The position numbers were made by a program, and so were the translations under genes. A model generated the notes under the pieces. The model saw nothing but the letters and a program-made list of their open reading frames with translations, made no database searches and had not been told where the DNA came from. Below are positions 28,471 to 39,482 of a stretch of DNA of 64,000 nucleotides, in pieces (the stretch's first letter is position 1; every line of letters starts with the position of its first letter). This DNA comes from Bdellovibrionales bacterium (GTDB lineage Bacteria > Bdellovibrionota > Bdellovibrionia > Bdellovibrionales > UBA1609), in assembly GCA_965205945.1 (NCBI GenBank), contig CBDBIB010000002.1, positions 160,001 to 224,000 of the forward strand. Reading direction: 5' to 3'.

Positions 28471-29901
28471 TTGGTGAGTAGAGAAATCATTAGATACAAG
28501 TCTATTGGTGAGCCACTAATCCCAAGTGTTCTAAGGGGTTTAGAAAAAGATCTAGAACCACAAGGTCTTTTTGTGTCTACTTATGGTTGTCAGATGAACA
28601 CTAATGATAGTGAGCGTATAATTTTTCTTTTAGAGTTGATGAATTATACTCAAGTTTTAACTCCTGGGCAGGCAAGTTTAATTATTATAAACTCGTGTTC
28701 AGTAAGAGAAAAACCTGTTCATAAGGTTCAGTCTGAAGTCGGTAGATATAGGAAATTAAAAGATAAAAATCCTAATTTAAAAATTGGAGTTGTTGGTTGT
28801 GTGGCTCAACAAGAAAAAGATAAACTTTTAAAAACCCTACCCCTTTTAGACTTTGTCCTAGGGCCAGACAATATAGATTCTCTTCCTAAAATCATATCAG
28901 ATATGAATAAGGCAGGAGATAACTACAGTAGAATAAATGCAGCTAAATTTAAGCATCAAGAACCTTATCACGTTCAAACTTTAGTAAGAAACACTGGAGT
29001 GTCAACTTTTGTGAACATAACTAAAGGTTGTGATAACTTTTGTACTTTTTGTGTAGTTCCTTATACAAGGGGACGTGAACGTAGTAGGCCTTATGCTCAT
29101 TTAGTTGATGATATAAATAATCTTGTTAAAAAAGGTGTTAAAGAAGTTACTTTACTTGGTCAGAATGTAAATTCATATGAGTGTGAGACTGGAGTGAATT
29201 TTGCAAATCTTTTAAAGGGCTTGTCAAAGGACACAGGTGTTCAGCGTATTAGGTATACAACAAGTCATCCTAAAGATTTTTCAGATGAACTTATTCAAGT
29301 TTTAAAAAAATACAAAGATAAAATTCCTGAATATATTCATTTACCCGTACAATCAGGAAGTTCTACAGTTTTAAAAAATATGAATAGAGGCTATACAAGA
29401 GAACACTATTTAAATATTGTTAAACAGATTAAAAAGCAAATTCCTCAGGTTTCTTTGTCTACAGATATTATTATAGGTTTTCCGGGAGAAACTGAGGCGC
29501 AGTTTAAAGAAACCCTCTCGTTATTAGAAGAGGTTGGATTTGAGGTAGTTTATGCTTTTAAATATAGTCGACGACCTTTTACTAAAGCAGCAAAGTTTCA
29601 TAGTCAAATTCCTGAAAATATTCAAAAAGAAAGACTTAAAAGGCTATTTACCCTTCAAAGCTTTATAGCCGAGAAGGTTTTTAAAAGATATTTAAATCAA
29701 ACATGTAGTGTGCTAGTAGAAGGTAAGGATTTAGGAACTGGTTTTTACAAAGGCAGAAATCCACAGAATAAAATGGTTTATTTTAAATCCTTGCAAAACT
29801 GCTTAGATGTTGATCTAACAGGGAAAACGGTTTTTGTTAAAATCACAAAAATTATGAGATCTACTCTTAGAGGTGAAATAGTATCTGGGGAAATGAATTG
29901 A
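28471..29901 (+). CDS. miaB: tRNA-i6A37 methylthiotransferase MiaB
   Basis: TYGCQMN, CSVRE, GCVAQ, radical SAM CDNFCTFC, TRAM domain. Confidence 0.95.
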   Translation: MVSREIIRYKSIGEPLIPSVLRGLEKDLEPQGLFVSTYGCQMNTNDSERIIFLLELMNYTQVLTPGQASLIIINSCSVREKPVHKVQSEVGRYRKLKDKNPNLKIGVVGCVAQQEKDKLLKTLPLLDFVLGPDNIDSLPKIISDMNKAGDNYSRINAAKFKHQEPYHVQTLVRNTGVSTFVNITKGCDNFCTFCVVPYTRGRERSRPYAHLVDDINNLVKKGVKEVTLLGQNVNSYECETGVNFANLLKGLSKDTGVQRIRYTTSHPKDFSDELIQVLKKYKDKIPEYIHLPVQSGSSTVLKNMNRGYTREHYLNIVKQIKKQIPQVSLSTDIIIGFPGETEAQFKETLSLLEEVGFEVVYAFKYSRRPFTKAAKFHSQIPENIQKERLKRLFTLQSFIAEKVFKRYLNQTCSVLVEGKDLGTGFYKGRNPQNKMVYFKSLQNCLDVDLTGKTVFVKITKIMRSTLRGEIVSGEMN

Positions 29902-30377
29902 TGATTGAACAGGTAAAAATTATACCTCAAACTTTTGCTCTTGATGAAAAAACTCAACAAGGGTTGGTTGTATTTGAAACTATTCAAGAAAAAACTAAGT
30001 TTTCTGTTTATTTAAATGAAAGTATTGAGGTGGGTTTGTTTTTAAAAGAGGCTTTTAAAAGGCAAGAATCTGGTTTTGCTCTTTCTAAAAAAATTTTTGA
30101 ATCTTTAGGGTACAGGCTAGATAAAGGGGTTATAAATGAGCTTGATGGAGAGCAGGAAAAAATTATTATTGTTTTAAAAGGCGTTGATAAGCTTTTAAAA
30201 AAAGTTCAAGTGAGTATGTTAGAGTTATTGGGGATGTGGACGCTAGAAAACTTTCCTATGTTTGCAAGCACAAAGTTTATTGAAAATTGTAGAGATATTA
30301 AAGTTAAACTTAAAGAAACATCAAAACCTTTGAAAAAAGATTTATATAAAAGATATGGTCAAAAATATTTGATGTAG
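29898..30377 (+). CDS. Hypothetical protein, possibly divergent DUF151/bifunctional nuclease family
   Basis: Overlaps miaB stop; weak resemblance only. Confidence 0.5.
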   Translation: MMIEQVKIIPQTFALDEKTQQGLVVFETIQEKTKFSVYLNESIEVGLFLKEAFKRQESGFALSKKIFESLGYRLDKGVINELDGEQEKIIIVLKGVDKLLKKVQVSMLELLGMWTLENFPMFASTKFIENCRDIKVKLKETSKPLKKDLYKRYGQKYLM

Positions 30378-30393
30378 AAAAGGGAGTTTAAGC

Positions 30394-30933
30394 TTGTTGC
30401 ATTTAACAAAAAAGCCAGAAGTTAAAAAATCTTGCTTTATCGCGCCTTCAGCGCATCTTTGTGGCGCTGTAACTTTAGGGGAAAATTCCTCAGTTTGGTT
30501 TCAATGTGTTTTAAGAGCGGACGTGATGCCAATTACAGTAGGTGACAATACTAATATTCAGGATGGATCAATTGTTCACGGGAGTCTTAATAAGGCTCAA
30601 ACAATCATTGGAAGTGGTGTGACTATTGGACATAAAGTAATACTGCATGGTTGTAAAATTGAAAATGATTGTATTATCGGTATGGGAGCTATAATTATGG
30701 ATAATGCTGTTATTTCTAAAAATTGTATTGTTGGTGCTGGAGCTTTAGTTACTGAAAATTCCACATTTGAAGAAAAAATGCTTATTCTTGGCTCACCAGC
30801 TAAACAAGTTAGAAAACTTAAAGAGAGTGAGCTTTCTTGGATTGAATCTAATGCTAGACACTATATACGTTATTCAAGATCGTATATGACAGGAACTGAC
30901 CTAGAAGCTTACGAGGAAAAAAATGAAAGTTAA
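30394..30933 (+). CDS. Gamma carbonic anhydrase-family hexapeptide-repeat protein
   Basis: LRAD, TNIQDGSIVH, TIGHKVILHGC motifs. Confidence 0.92.
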   Translation: MLHLTKKPEVKKSCFIAPSAHLCGAVTLGENSSVWFQCVLRADVMPITVGDNTNIQDGSIVHGSLNKAQTIIGSGVTIGHKVILHGCKIENDCIIGMGAIIMDNAVISKNCIVGAGALVTENSTFEEKMLILGSPAKQVRKLKESELSWIESNARHYIRYSRSYMTGTDLEAYEEKNES

Positions 30934-32377
30934 AAAAGGGCTAACATTTGATGATATACTTTTAGTGCCACAGTACTCCGATACTATTCCAGTATCTATT
31001 AACCCTTCTACTCATTTTGCAAGAGATGTTTATTTAAACATTCCATTAATTTCAGCGGCCATGGATACAGTAACTGAAAGTAGAGTTGCTCAAGTTATGG
31101 CTCAAATGGGAGGACTGGGAATTATTCATAAAAATCTTTCCATTGAGTCTCAGGCTTTTGAAGTTGAACGGGTGAAGAAATATGAAAGTGGTATGATTCA
31201 AGAGCCCATAACTCTTGCTCCAGATGTGCTTGTAAGCGATGCACTTATGGTTATGAAAAAGTATTCAATTAGTGGAGTTCCTATAACAGTAAATAGAAAA
31301 CTTGTAGGAATTTTAACAAACAGGGATTTAAGATTTGAAACAAATATAGAACAGCCTATTTCTCAAATAATGACTAAAGAAAATGTAGTAACAGCAAAAG
31401 AGGGGACAACTTTAGAGGAGGCAAAAAAAGTTTTACAAAAACATAGAATTGAAAAGCTTCCTGTTGTTGATGATGCTGGCAATTTATGCGGTCTTATTAC
31501 TATTAAAGATATTGAAAAATCTATTACATATCCAAACGCAACAAAAGACTCTTATGGGAGATTATTGGTAGGAGCAGCCTTAGATGTTAGTCATGGTGGT
31601 ATTAAAAGAGCAGAAGCCTTAATTGCGTCAGGTTGTGATGTTATAGTTATAGATACAGCTCATGGACATTCTAAAAATGTTTTAAATTCTGTAAAAGAAA
31701 TAAGATTAAAATTTAAGGATTTAATAATAGTTGCTGGAAATGTTGTGACTCCTGAAGCCACAGAGGCTTTAATTCATGCAGGTGCTGATGTGGTTAAAGT
31801 TGGTGTAGGTTCAGGAAGTATATGCACAACAAGAGTTATTTCTGGCGTGGGGCTTCCTCAGGTATCAGCTGTTTATGAATGTGCAAAGGCTGCAAAAAAG
31901 TTAGGAAAAACTATTATTTCAGATGGTGGATCAAAATTTTCAGGAGATGTTGTAAAGGCTTTAGCTGTGGGCGCAAATACTGTAATGCTTGGTAGTATGC
32001 TTGCTGGTTGTGATGAAAGTCCTGGAGAAACTTTATTGTATCAAGGACGTACTTATAAAATTTATAGGGGGATGGGCAGTTTAGGAGCTATGAAACAAGG
32101 CTCTAAAGCTCGCTATTTTCAAGAGTCTGTAAATGATTTAGATAAACTTGTTCCAGAGGGCATAGAGGGCCGTATTCCATATAAGGGATCTATAAGCGGT
32201 ATAATTCATCAAATTGTTGGTGGTATTAAATCAGGTATGGGCTATTGTGGTGCAAGCTCAGTATCGGATCTTCACAAGCATACTCAGTTTGTTGAAATTT
32301 CAGGAGCAGGACTTAAAGAGTCTCATGTTCATGATGTTGCAATTACTAAAGAAGCTCCTAATTATAGATTAGATTAA
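30923..32377 (+). CDS. guaB: IMP dehydrogenase
   Basis: LTFDD, SAAMDTVT, CBS pair, GSICTTR, YRGMGS. Confidence 0.97.
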   Translation: MKVKKGLTFDDILLVPQYSDTIPVSINPSTHFARDVYLNIPLISAAMDTVTESRVAQVMAQMGGLGIIHKNLSIESQAFEVERVKKYESGMIQEPITLAPDVLVSDALMVMKKYSISGVPITVNRKLVGILTNRDLRFETNIEQPISQIMTKENVVTAKEGTTLEEAKKVLQKHRIEKLPVVDDAGNLCGLITIKDIEKSITYPNATKDSYGRLLVGAALDVSHGGIKRAEALIASGCDVIVIDTAHGHSKNVLNSVKEIRLKFKDLIIVAGNVVTPEATEALIHAGADVVKVGVGSGSICTTRVISGVGLPQVSAVYECAKAAKKLGKTIISDGGSKFSGDVVKALAVGANTVMLGSMLAGCDESPGETLLYQGRTYKIYRGMGSLGAMKQGSKARYFQESVNDLDKLVPEGIEGRIPYKGSISGIIHQIVGGIKSGMGYCGASSVSDLHKHTQFVEISGAGLKESHVHDVAITKEAPNYRLD

Positions 32378-32387
32378 GGCATATAAG

Positions 32388-33932
32388 TTGAAATTATTTG
32401 ATGAGGCTATAAAAGAGAGTGTAATCATTTTAGATTTTGGTTCACAATTTACTCAATTGATTGCAAGAAGATTAAGAGAGCTTAATGTTTATTCACAGAT
32501 TGTGCTTTTTTCCATGGACTTAGAAGAGATTAAGGCAAGAAAACCTAAAGCTATTATTTTAAGCGGAGGGCCTCATTCAGTTTATAATAAGAACTCTCCA
32601 AATAGAGAAATAAAACCACTTTTACAAATAGCTCCAGTTCTAGGTATTTGTTATGGAATGCAACTTTACTGTCATCAAATGGGTGGAAAAGTTGAGCCAT
32701 GTGATGTTAGAGAATATGGAAAAAGTACCATTAAGTGGAGTAAAGAGGTTTTAAAAGGCAAGACGCAGCAGTCTGTGTGGATGTCTCATGGAGATTTAGT
32801 TACAGCTCTTTCATCAGATACTAAAGTGATTGCCACATCTTTAAATGGTTATCCTGCAGCTATTAAGGCAGATGGTTTTATAGGATATCAATTTCATCCA
32901 GAAGTTGCTCATACGGATTTTGGAAAAGAACTTTTAGAATATTTTTTATTTGACTTTGCAAAGATTCAAAAAAATTGGTCTTTAACAAAAGTTTTTTATC
33001 GTATTAAAGAAAAAATAAATAAAGTTGTTAAACCAGATGATGTAGTTTTGTGTGCTCTAAGTGGCGGTGTGGATTCAGCGGTTGTTGCAGTTTTACTTAC
33101 TCAAATTTTAGGAAAAGATAAGGTTAAGTGTATTTTTGTAGACACAGGTTTTCTTAGAAAAGGTGAATATAAAAAAGTAATGTCAAAAATGAAATCGTTA
33201 GGACTTAATATTAAAGGAACTGATGCTAGTAAGATATTTTTATCTAAATTAAGTGGCGTACTGGATCCAGAAAAGAAGAGAAAGATTATTGGCTATACTT
33301 TTATTGATGTTTTTAAAGAGGAAATAAAAACTTTACAAAGAGTTAACTGGCTTGCTCAAGGAACACTCTATCCAGATGTCATAGAGAGTGTTTCACTAAA
33401 TGGTCAATCAGTGACAATAAAAAGTCATCATAATGTAGGTGGTTTACCAGAGGATTTAGAATTGGCTCTTTTAGAGCCTATAAGAGAACTCTTTAAAGAT
33501 GAGGTTCGTGCATTAGGAAGGTATTTAAAAATGCCAGAAGATGTTTTAAAAAGGCATCCTTTTCCTGGTCCAGGTCTTGCTATTAGAGTTTTAGGGATTG
33601 TTACTTTAGAAGATATTTTTATTTTACAAGAGGCTGATGATATTTTTATATCTTCATTAAAAGAAGAAGGGATATACGATAATATTTGGCAAGCTTTTTG
33701 TGTTCTTCTACCGGTTAAAACAGTTGGAGTACAAGGAGATGGAAGAACCTATGAAAAAGTTTTATCTCTTCGAGCTGTAAACTCAGTTGATGGAATGACA
33801 GCGGATTGGTTTGAATTTGATTATAAATTTTTAAAGAAAGTTTCTAATAGAATTACAAATAAAGTTAAAGGTGTGAATCGTGTAGTGTATGATATTACAA
33901 GTAAACCCCCTGGTACAATTGAGTGGGAGTAG
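32388..33932 (+). CDS. guaA: GMP synthase (glutamine-hydrolysing)
   Basis: LDFGSQF, GICYGMQ, QFHPEV, SGGVDS, SKPPGTIEWE. Confidence 0.97.
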   Translation: MKLFDEAIKESVIILDFGSQFTQLIARRLRELNVYSQIVLFSMDLEEIKARKPKAIILSGGPHSVYNKNSPNREIKPLLQIAPVLGICYGMQLYCHQMGGKVEPCDVREYGKSTIKWSKEVLKGKTQQSVWMSHGDLVTALSSDTKVIATSLNGYPAAIKADGFIGYQFHPEVAHTDFGKELLEYFLFDFAKIQKNWSLTKVFYRIKEKINKVVKPDDVVLCALSGGVDSAVVAVLLTQILGKDKVKCIFVDTGFLRKGEYKKVMSKMKSLGLNIKGTDASKIFLSKLSGVLDPEKKRKIIGYTFIDVFKEEIKTLQRVNWLAQGTLYPDVIESVSLNGQSVTIKSHHNVGGLPEDLELALLEPIRELFKDEVRALGRYLKMPEDVLKRHPFPGPGLAIRVLGIVTLEDIFILQEADDIFISSLKEEGIYDNIWQAFCVLLPVKTVGVQGDGRTYEKVLSLRAVNSVDGMTADWFEFDYKFLKKVSNRITNKVKGVNRVVYDITSKPPGTIEWE

Positions 33933-33940
33933 ATAAGTAA

Positions 33941-36900
33941 ATGAGTTTTTGTCATCTTCATAGTCATTCACACTACTCTCTTTTAAAGTGCTCAAGTTCT
34001 ATTACAGCCCTTGTTAAAAAAAATAAATCTTTAGGTTATAAAGCGCTAGCATTAACAGATATGAATAATATGTTTGGAGCGGTGGAGTTTTATTTTGAAG
34101 CCAAAAAAGAAGGGATTAAACCTATTATTGGTTTAGATATTTGCTTGTTTGGGGAATTTATTAAAACCCCTTTAGACACATATAGTTTAGTTCTTTTAGC
34201 AATGAACTATACGGGGTATCAAGAGCTTAGTCGTATAGTGAGTTTTGCTCATAAACAAAATAATCTTGATGGTGTACAAAGGGCAACAATTCAAATTATA
34301 AAAGAAAATTCTAAGAATATTATTGCCTTAACTGGTGGCCATGAAGGGTTTTTGATTCAAAGTTTTTTAAAAGAAGGGAGTAATAAGGCTGAAGAAAAAC
34401 TTCTTTGTTTAAAGAAAATTTTTGCTGACAGACTTTATATTGAAATAAATAGGCAAGGCTTAGGTTATGAATCAGATTTTTTGTCTTTTGCACTAAAGAT
34501 GTCTAAAAAGCATGGTATTGAATTAGTTGCAGCAAACGACACAAGGTATACAGAAAATAATGATTTAGTTACTCATAATATTTTGATTGGAGCTAGTTTA
34601 AATAAAACTTTAGATAAAGTTATGAGTCAATCATTAATAAATAGTGAGTTTTATATAAAATCAAAAGAATCTATGCAGGATCTTTTTCTTGGTGATAAGT
34701 TTGGTAAAGCTTTAAATAATACAAAAGTGATTGCAGATCGTTGTAATATTGAATTTGTTTTATCAAACTCTCATGGAAAGCCCATTTATCATCTCCCAGC
34801 GTTTCCTACAAAAGAGGGGAGATCATCAAAAGAAGAGATTAAAGAAATTGCCTTTAAAGGTTTAAAGAGAAGATTTTCTTTTTTAGAAAATCAAACAAAG
34901 AAAAAACTTAGTTCTAAAGAAAAGACTCTTTATATAAAGCGTTTAGAGTATGAGCTTAAGGTAATTAATGGAATGGGTTTTAATGGTTATTTTTTAATTG
35001 TACAAGATTTTATAAATTGGTCTAAAAAAAACAGTATTCCTGTAGGGCCTGGTCGAGGGTCTGGAGCAGGCTCACTGGTGGCTTATTGTTTAAATATTAC
35101 AGATTTAAATCCTATTCCATATTCATTAACTTTTGAAAGATTTTTAAACCCTGAGCGTGTAAGTATGCCGGATTTTGATATTGATTTTTGTCAAGAACGA
35201 AGGGGGGAGGTTATTGATTATGTAACCCAAACTTACGGTGAAGAGTCAGTTTCTCAGATTATAACCTATGGAAAGCTTCAAACCAGAGCAGCTCTTCGTG
35301 ATGTGGGTAGAGTTTTAAGCTTTAGTTTCATGGAAGTAAATGATATAGTAAAGTTGATTCCTGATGTTTTAGGAATCAGTCTTCAAGAAGCGCTAGACAC
35401 AGAGCCTCGGTTAAAAGATATGATGCAGGATAATCCTCAAGTACATAAATTAATAAGTCTTGCTATAAAAGTAGAGGGTTTAGTAAGGCATGCTGGAATT
35501 CATGCTGCAGGTGTTATTATTGCAAATGGTAATATTGTAGATCATGCTCCTTTAACCAAAGGCGCAGATGGTGAAAACGTTGTTCAATTTGATATGAAGA
35601 GCTCTGAAAAGATTGGGCTTATTAAATTTGATTTTTTAGGACTTAAAACACTTACATATATTCAGTATGCTCTAGATTGTATTAAAAAAACTAAAGGTAA
35701 AGAGATAAAGGCAGAAGAAATTTTAATTGATGATCCAGGAATTTATGAGCTTATGTCTAAAGGCGACAATTATGGAGTTTTTCAGTTTGAAAGTGAAGGG
35801 ATTACAGACTTAACGATTAAAGCTAAACCCTCATGCTTTACAGATATTGTTGCATTAAATGCTTTATATAGACCAGGTCCTATGGAGATGATTCCTGACT
35901 ATCTTAAAAGAAAGAGTGGGAAGAAAAAACCAGAGTATATTTTTCCAGAGCTTAAAGAGATTTTAAAAGAAACTTACGGGATCATTGTTTATCAAGAACA
36001 TGTACAGCTTATAGCTTCTAAAGTTGCAAGCTACACTCTTGGTGAAGCTGATTTGCTTAGACGTGCTATGAGTAAAAAAATTACAAAAGAAATGGCTCAG
36101 CAAAAAACAAGATTTTTAAAAGGAGCTTTAGATAATAAATTTAACCTTAAAAAATCTGAAATTCTTTTTGATCTTATGGCAGAATTTGCAAAATATGGTT
36201 TTAATAAAAGCCATGCTGCTGCATACTGTGTTATAACAGCTCAAACAGCTTGGCTTAAACATTATTATCCTGTTGAGTTTTTTGCAGCTCTTTTAACAAC
36301 AGAGATTTCAAATATAGAGAATATTACAAAGTATATAAAGGATGCAAAAAAGCATAATATTAAAATTGTTCCTCCCCATATAAACACTTCTAAATATGTG
36401 TTTGATACAGATGGGGAAAAAATTTTTTTCTCACTAGGTGCAATTAAAGGTGTGGGGCAAAATATTGTAGAACTTATTGTTAAAGCTAGAGAGTCTCTTT
36501 TAAATAAAAAATTTAGTTCATTAGAAGAGTTTTTTTTAACTGTAGACACTAAAAAATTTAATAAAAAATCAATTGAAAGCTTAGCAAAGGCTGGAGCTTT
36601 TGATGGTTTTGGGTATACAAGAAGTCAACTTTTTTCTCAAGGGTTTAAGTTTTTAGATGCAGCAGAAAAGAAAAGAAAAGAGTACGAAATTGGTCAGTTT
36701 AATCTTTTTGATACTAGAGATTCAGATGAAGACAGTTTTAAAATTAATATTGTTAAGAAGCTTGAATGGGACAATAGAGCAAAACTTCAACTTGAAAAAG
36801 AAGTTTTAGGGTTTTATTTAACAGCTCATCCTTTACAAGCGTATAGTTCACTTCGTTCATCATTAAAATCAATTTTAATTACGAAACTTGATAAAGAAAA

Positions 36901-37414
36901 TGATAAAAAAGAAATCATGATTTTTGCTCTTATTTCTAAAATAAAAGAGTTTATTACTAAAAAGGGAAGTCGTATGGCTTTTGCTGAGGCTGAAGATGAA
37001 GAGGGTTTAATTGAGCTCATTATTTTTCCAGATGTTTTTAAAGAAGTAAAAAATCTTTTAATACAAGAAAAACCTTTACTCATCTCTGGAACTTTTCAAA
37101 TTCAAGAAGGTAAGGGTGGAAAGATTTTAGTCACTAGCATTAAAGATCCTATTTATCAGTTTAAAAAAATAAAATCAGTGTCTTTATTTTTAGAAAATCC
37201 TAAAGAAATTGAGGTGGATGAATTTTTTAAGTTTGCTAAATTAAGGCCCGGTGGAACAAAAATTCATCTAGATTTAGCTTTAAAGCAAAATGAGTTGGAT
37301 TTAAGGGTTAAAATGGATGTATTAGAGCCTAAAGGGGTTGAAATTGACTTTGATTTTTTAGATAGATTAGCTAAAATGTTTAAAGGTTATCGTGGCTTAG
37401 AAATGGGAGTATAA
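33941..37414 (+). CDS. dnaE: DNA polymerase III alpha subunit
   Basis: PHP HLHSHSHYS, GPGRGSGAGS, MPDFDIDF, KFDFLGL, YGFNKSHA. Confidence 0.98.
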   Translation: MSFCHLHSHSHYSLLKCSSSITALVKKNKSLGYKALALTDMNNMFGAVEFYFEAKKEGIKPIIGLDICLFGEFIKTPLDTYSLVLLAMNYTGYQELSRIVSFAHKQNNLDGVQRATIQIIKENSKNIIALTGGHEGFLIQSFLKEGSNKAEEKLLCLKKIFADRLYIEINRQGLGYESDFLSFALKMSKKHGIELVAANDTRYTENNDLVTHNILIGASLNKTLDKVMSQSLINSEFYIKSKESMQDLFLGDKFGKALNNTKVIADRCNIEFVLSNSHGKPIYHLPAFPTKEGRSSKEEIKEIAFKGLKRRFSFLENQTKKKLSSKEKTLYIKRLEYELKVINGMGFNGYFLIVQDFINWSKKNSIPVGPGRGSGAGSLVAYCLNITDLNPIPYSLTFERFLNPERVSMPDFDIDFCQERRGEVIDYVTQTYGEESVSQIITYGKLQTRAALRDVGRVLSFSFMEVNDIVKLIPDVLGISLQEALDTEPRLKDMMQDNPQVHKLISLAIKVEGLVRHAGIHAAGVIIANGNIVDHAPLTKGADGENVVQFDMKSSEKIGLIKFDFLGLKTLTYIQYALDCIKKTKGKEIKAEEILIDDPGIYELMSKGDNYGVFQFESEGITDLTIKAKPSCFTDIVALNALYRPGPMEMIPDYLKRKSGKKKPEYIFPELKEILKETYGIIVYQEHVQLIASKVASYTLGEADLLRRAMSKKITKEMAQQKTRFLKGALDNKFNLKKSEILFDLMAEFAKYGFNKSHAAAYCVITAQTAWLKHYYPVEFFAALLTTEISNIENITKYIKDAKKHNIKIVPPHINTSKYVFDTDGEKIFFSLGAIKGVGQNIVELIVKARESLLNKKFSSLEEFFLTVDTKKFNKKSIESLAKAGAFDGFGYTRSQLFSQGFKFLDAAEKKRKEYEIGQFNLFDTRDSDEDSFKINIVKKLEWDNRAKLQLEKEVLGFYLTAHPLQAYSSLRSSLKSILITKLDKENDKKEIMIFALISKIKEFITKKGSRMAFAEAEDEEGLIELIIFPDVFKEVKNLLIQEKPLLISGTFQIQEGKGGKILVTSIKDPIYQFKKIKSVSLFLENPKEIEVDEFFKFAKLRPGGTKIHLDLALKQNELDLRVKMDVLEPKGVEIDFDFLDRLAKMFKGYRGLEMGV

Positions 37415-38565
37415 TGAATTTTTTATTTTTTTTATCAGTATTAATTTTTTCTACTTACGCAAATGCAGTAAGTTTATCCACAATAAATATTTATGAGATA
37501 AGTAAAATTAAGAACGAAAATGTTGATATGTGGGATAAGAAAAATGATGCAATTAAAAATGCTAAAAAAAAAGCAACATTAAGATTAGCTGCAAAGGTTT
37601 TAAAACCAGAAGTTTTTAAAGAAGCAAAAAAACGGTTAGAAAAAAAAGTGGTTCCTTACTCGAGTAGATACTTGATTAGTTTTGTTGTAAAATCACATGG
37701 AGTAGAAGAGTCCGGGGATTTTAAGGCTTACTATGTTAATATAGAGTTTAAGTACTCTTTAAAAAATCTTAGAAATTTTTTAAAAGATAAAGGATTTCAA
37801 ATTAATGATTTGAAAAAACATAAGGTAATAGCTTTTGTTGAAATTTTAGATGCTACAGTTGTGAAATCATATAGATGGTGGAGGGATGAGAATTTAGACC
37901 TACATCCAGTTATAATGCCTTTTCAAATTAAACTCTTAGAGTCTTTAAAAGAAGAAGGGTATGAACTTATTCCAATACAGATATTAAAGGCCTTTGATGG
38001 ATTTAAAAGTACAGCAAGTCAAATGGGTGCTCAGTATTATATTAAGGGATCACTAAGAATTAAAAGAAAAGATAATATGTATAAAGTAAATAGTGGTAGT
38101 TTTAATTTTTATCAAACTCTTTCTCAAAAACTTGTTTCAACTATAGATTTAAAAAAAATTGGGTATTTATTGGGAGAAAAAGAAGATAAAGAAAACATAA
38201 ATGTTAAGCCAAAAGAGCTAGAAGATTTATTAAAAAAAGCTTTTGTGGGTGCAGCAAAAAAAATGAAAGCTTCTGAAAATGTAGATCATTTAAATTTTGG
38301 ATTGACTCAGATCAGTTTTCAAGGGGTGAACTCACCGTTACAGCTTAAAAATATTAAAGCTGTAATTCGATCAGGCTTAAAAGATAATATTTCATCTTTA
38401 GTTGAAAGGCATATTCAAAATGGTAAAGTAGTTTTTTATGCAAGAACTACACTAACACCACAAAGATTATTGTCAGTTATGAACTCAAGAGTTTTTGGGC
38501 TAGGAACTTATAAAGGAGCGTTAAAAGAAGATGGAAAATCTTTGCTGTTTAGAGTCGCTCAATAA
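37414..38565 (+). CDS. Exported hypothetical protein
   Basis: Signal peptide (ANA); translationally coupled to dnaE. Confidence 0.7.
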   Translation: MNFLFFLSVLIFSTYANAVSLSTINIYEISKIKNENVDMWDKKNDAIKNAKKKATLRLAAKVLKPEVFKEAKKRLEKKVVPYSSRYLISFVVKSHGVEESGDFKAYYVNIEFKYSLKNLRNFLKDKGFQINDLKKHKVIAFVEILDATVVKSYRWWRDENLDLHPVIMPFQIKLLESLKEEGYELIPIQILKAFDGFKSTASQMGAQYYIKGSLRIKRKDNMYKVNSGSFNFYQTLSQKLVSTIDLKKIGYLLGEKEDKENINVKPKELEDLLKKAFVGAAKKMKASENVDHLNFGLTQISFQGVNSPLQLKNIKAVIRSGLKDNISSLVERHIQNGKVVFYARTTLTPQRLLSVMNSRVFGLGTYKGALKEDGKSLLFRVAQ

Positions 38566-39184
38566 AAAAAAATCTTATCAAGAATATTTTGGTGAAGAAT
38601 GGTCTTTCTTTAAAAGTTTTGAAAATCAGTTAGAAAAAATTAAAAAAGTTAGAAAAAATGAAGAAAATATTTATATTCTTTCAGGCGTTCATGCTCCTGT
38701 TTTTACATTAGGACAGTCATTAAAAAATAAAGAACTTTTAACTGGTAAATTTATACAAACAGATAGAGGGGGGCGTGTGATGTATCACGGTCCGGGTCAA
38801 TTAACATTGTACTTTATTTTTAAATATCAAAAATATTTTTTAGGGCCGAAAGAATATGTTAGATTTCTTTTTGATATGTGTATTAAACATTTTAAAGAAA
38901 AGCATAAAATAAATGTTTACTATAGGAACAATGGTCTTTGGAACAAAGAAAATAAAAAAATTGGATTTGTAGGGCTTAGAATTAAAAACGGTATATCTTA
39001 TCATGGTTTTTCCTTAAATTATAATACTGATTTAAGAGAATTTTTAAAACATAGTCCCTGTGATATATCGGGTGATAAGGTAGGAAATTTATTTAACAAA
39101 AAGGCTTTAAAACCCTTACTTAAAATAGAGGCTAATATTTTAATGAATGATTTTCTTAGAGGATTGACTTTAAGAAAAGCCTAA
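38531..39184 (+). CDS. lipB: Octanoyltransferase LipB
   Basis: HAPVFTLG, DRGGRVMYHGPGQL, KIGFVGL, HGFSLN, PC. Confidence 0.9.
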   Translation: MENLCCLESLNKKKSYQEYFGEEWSFFKSFENQLEKIKKVRKNEENIYILSGVHAPVFTLGQSLKNKELLTGKFIQTDRGGRVMYHGPGQLTLYFIFKYQKYFLGPKEYVRFLFDMCIKHFKEKHKINVYYRNNGLWNKENKKIGFVGLRIKNGISYHGFSLNYNTDLREFLKHSPCDISGDKVGNLFNKKALKPLLKIEANILMNDFLRGLTLRKA

Positions 39185-39209
39185 TTAAGATGGGTTTTCT
39201 TATTATAAA

Positions 39210-39286
39210 GAGCCTGTAGCTCAGTTGGTTAGAGTACTACGTTGACATCGTAGGGGTCAGCAGTTCGAATCTGCTCAGGCTCACCA
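39210..39286 (+). tRNA. tRNA-Val (GAC)
   Basis: 77-nt cloverleaf: GAGCCTG/CAGGCTC acceptor, CTACG-TTGACAT-CGTAG anticodon arm, GTTCGAATC, encoded CCA. Confidence 0.97.
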
Positions 39287-39482
39287 GTGACTTTTAGGGT
39301 ATATTACGCCCAGATCAAACATACACCTTCATTAGGCTTAAATACCTTGTTTTACGGGAGTTTTTTTAATATTAGAGCTTGTGCATGCTGTGCATATAGA
39401 TCAATCAAAAGTATTGAGAAGCAAAAAAAGTGTGGGATTAGAGTGGGAACTCTAACTAATCATCAAAGATTGGTGGTGCGAC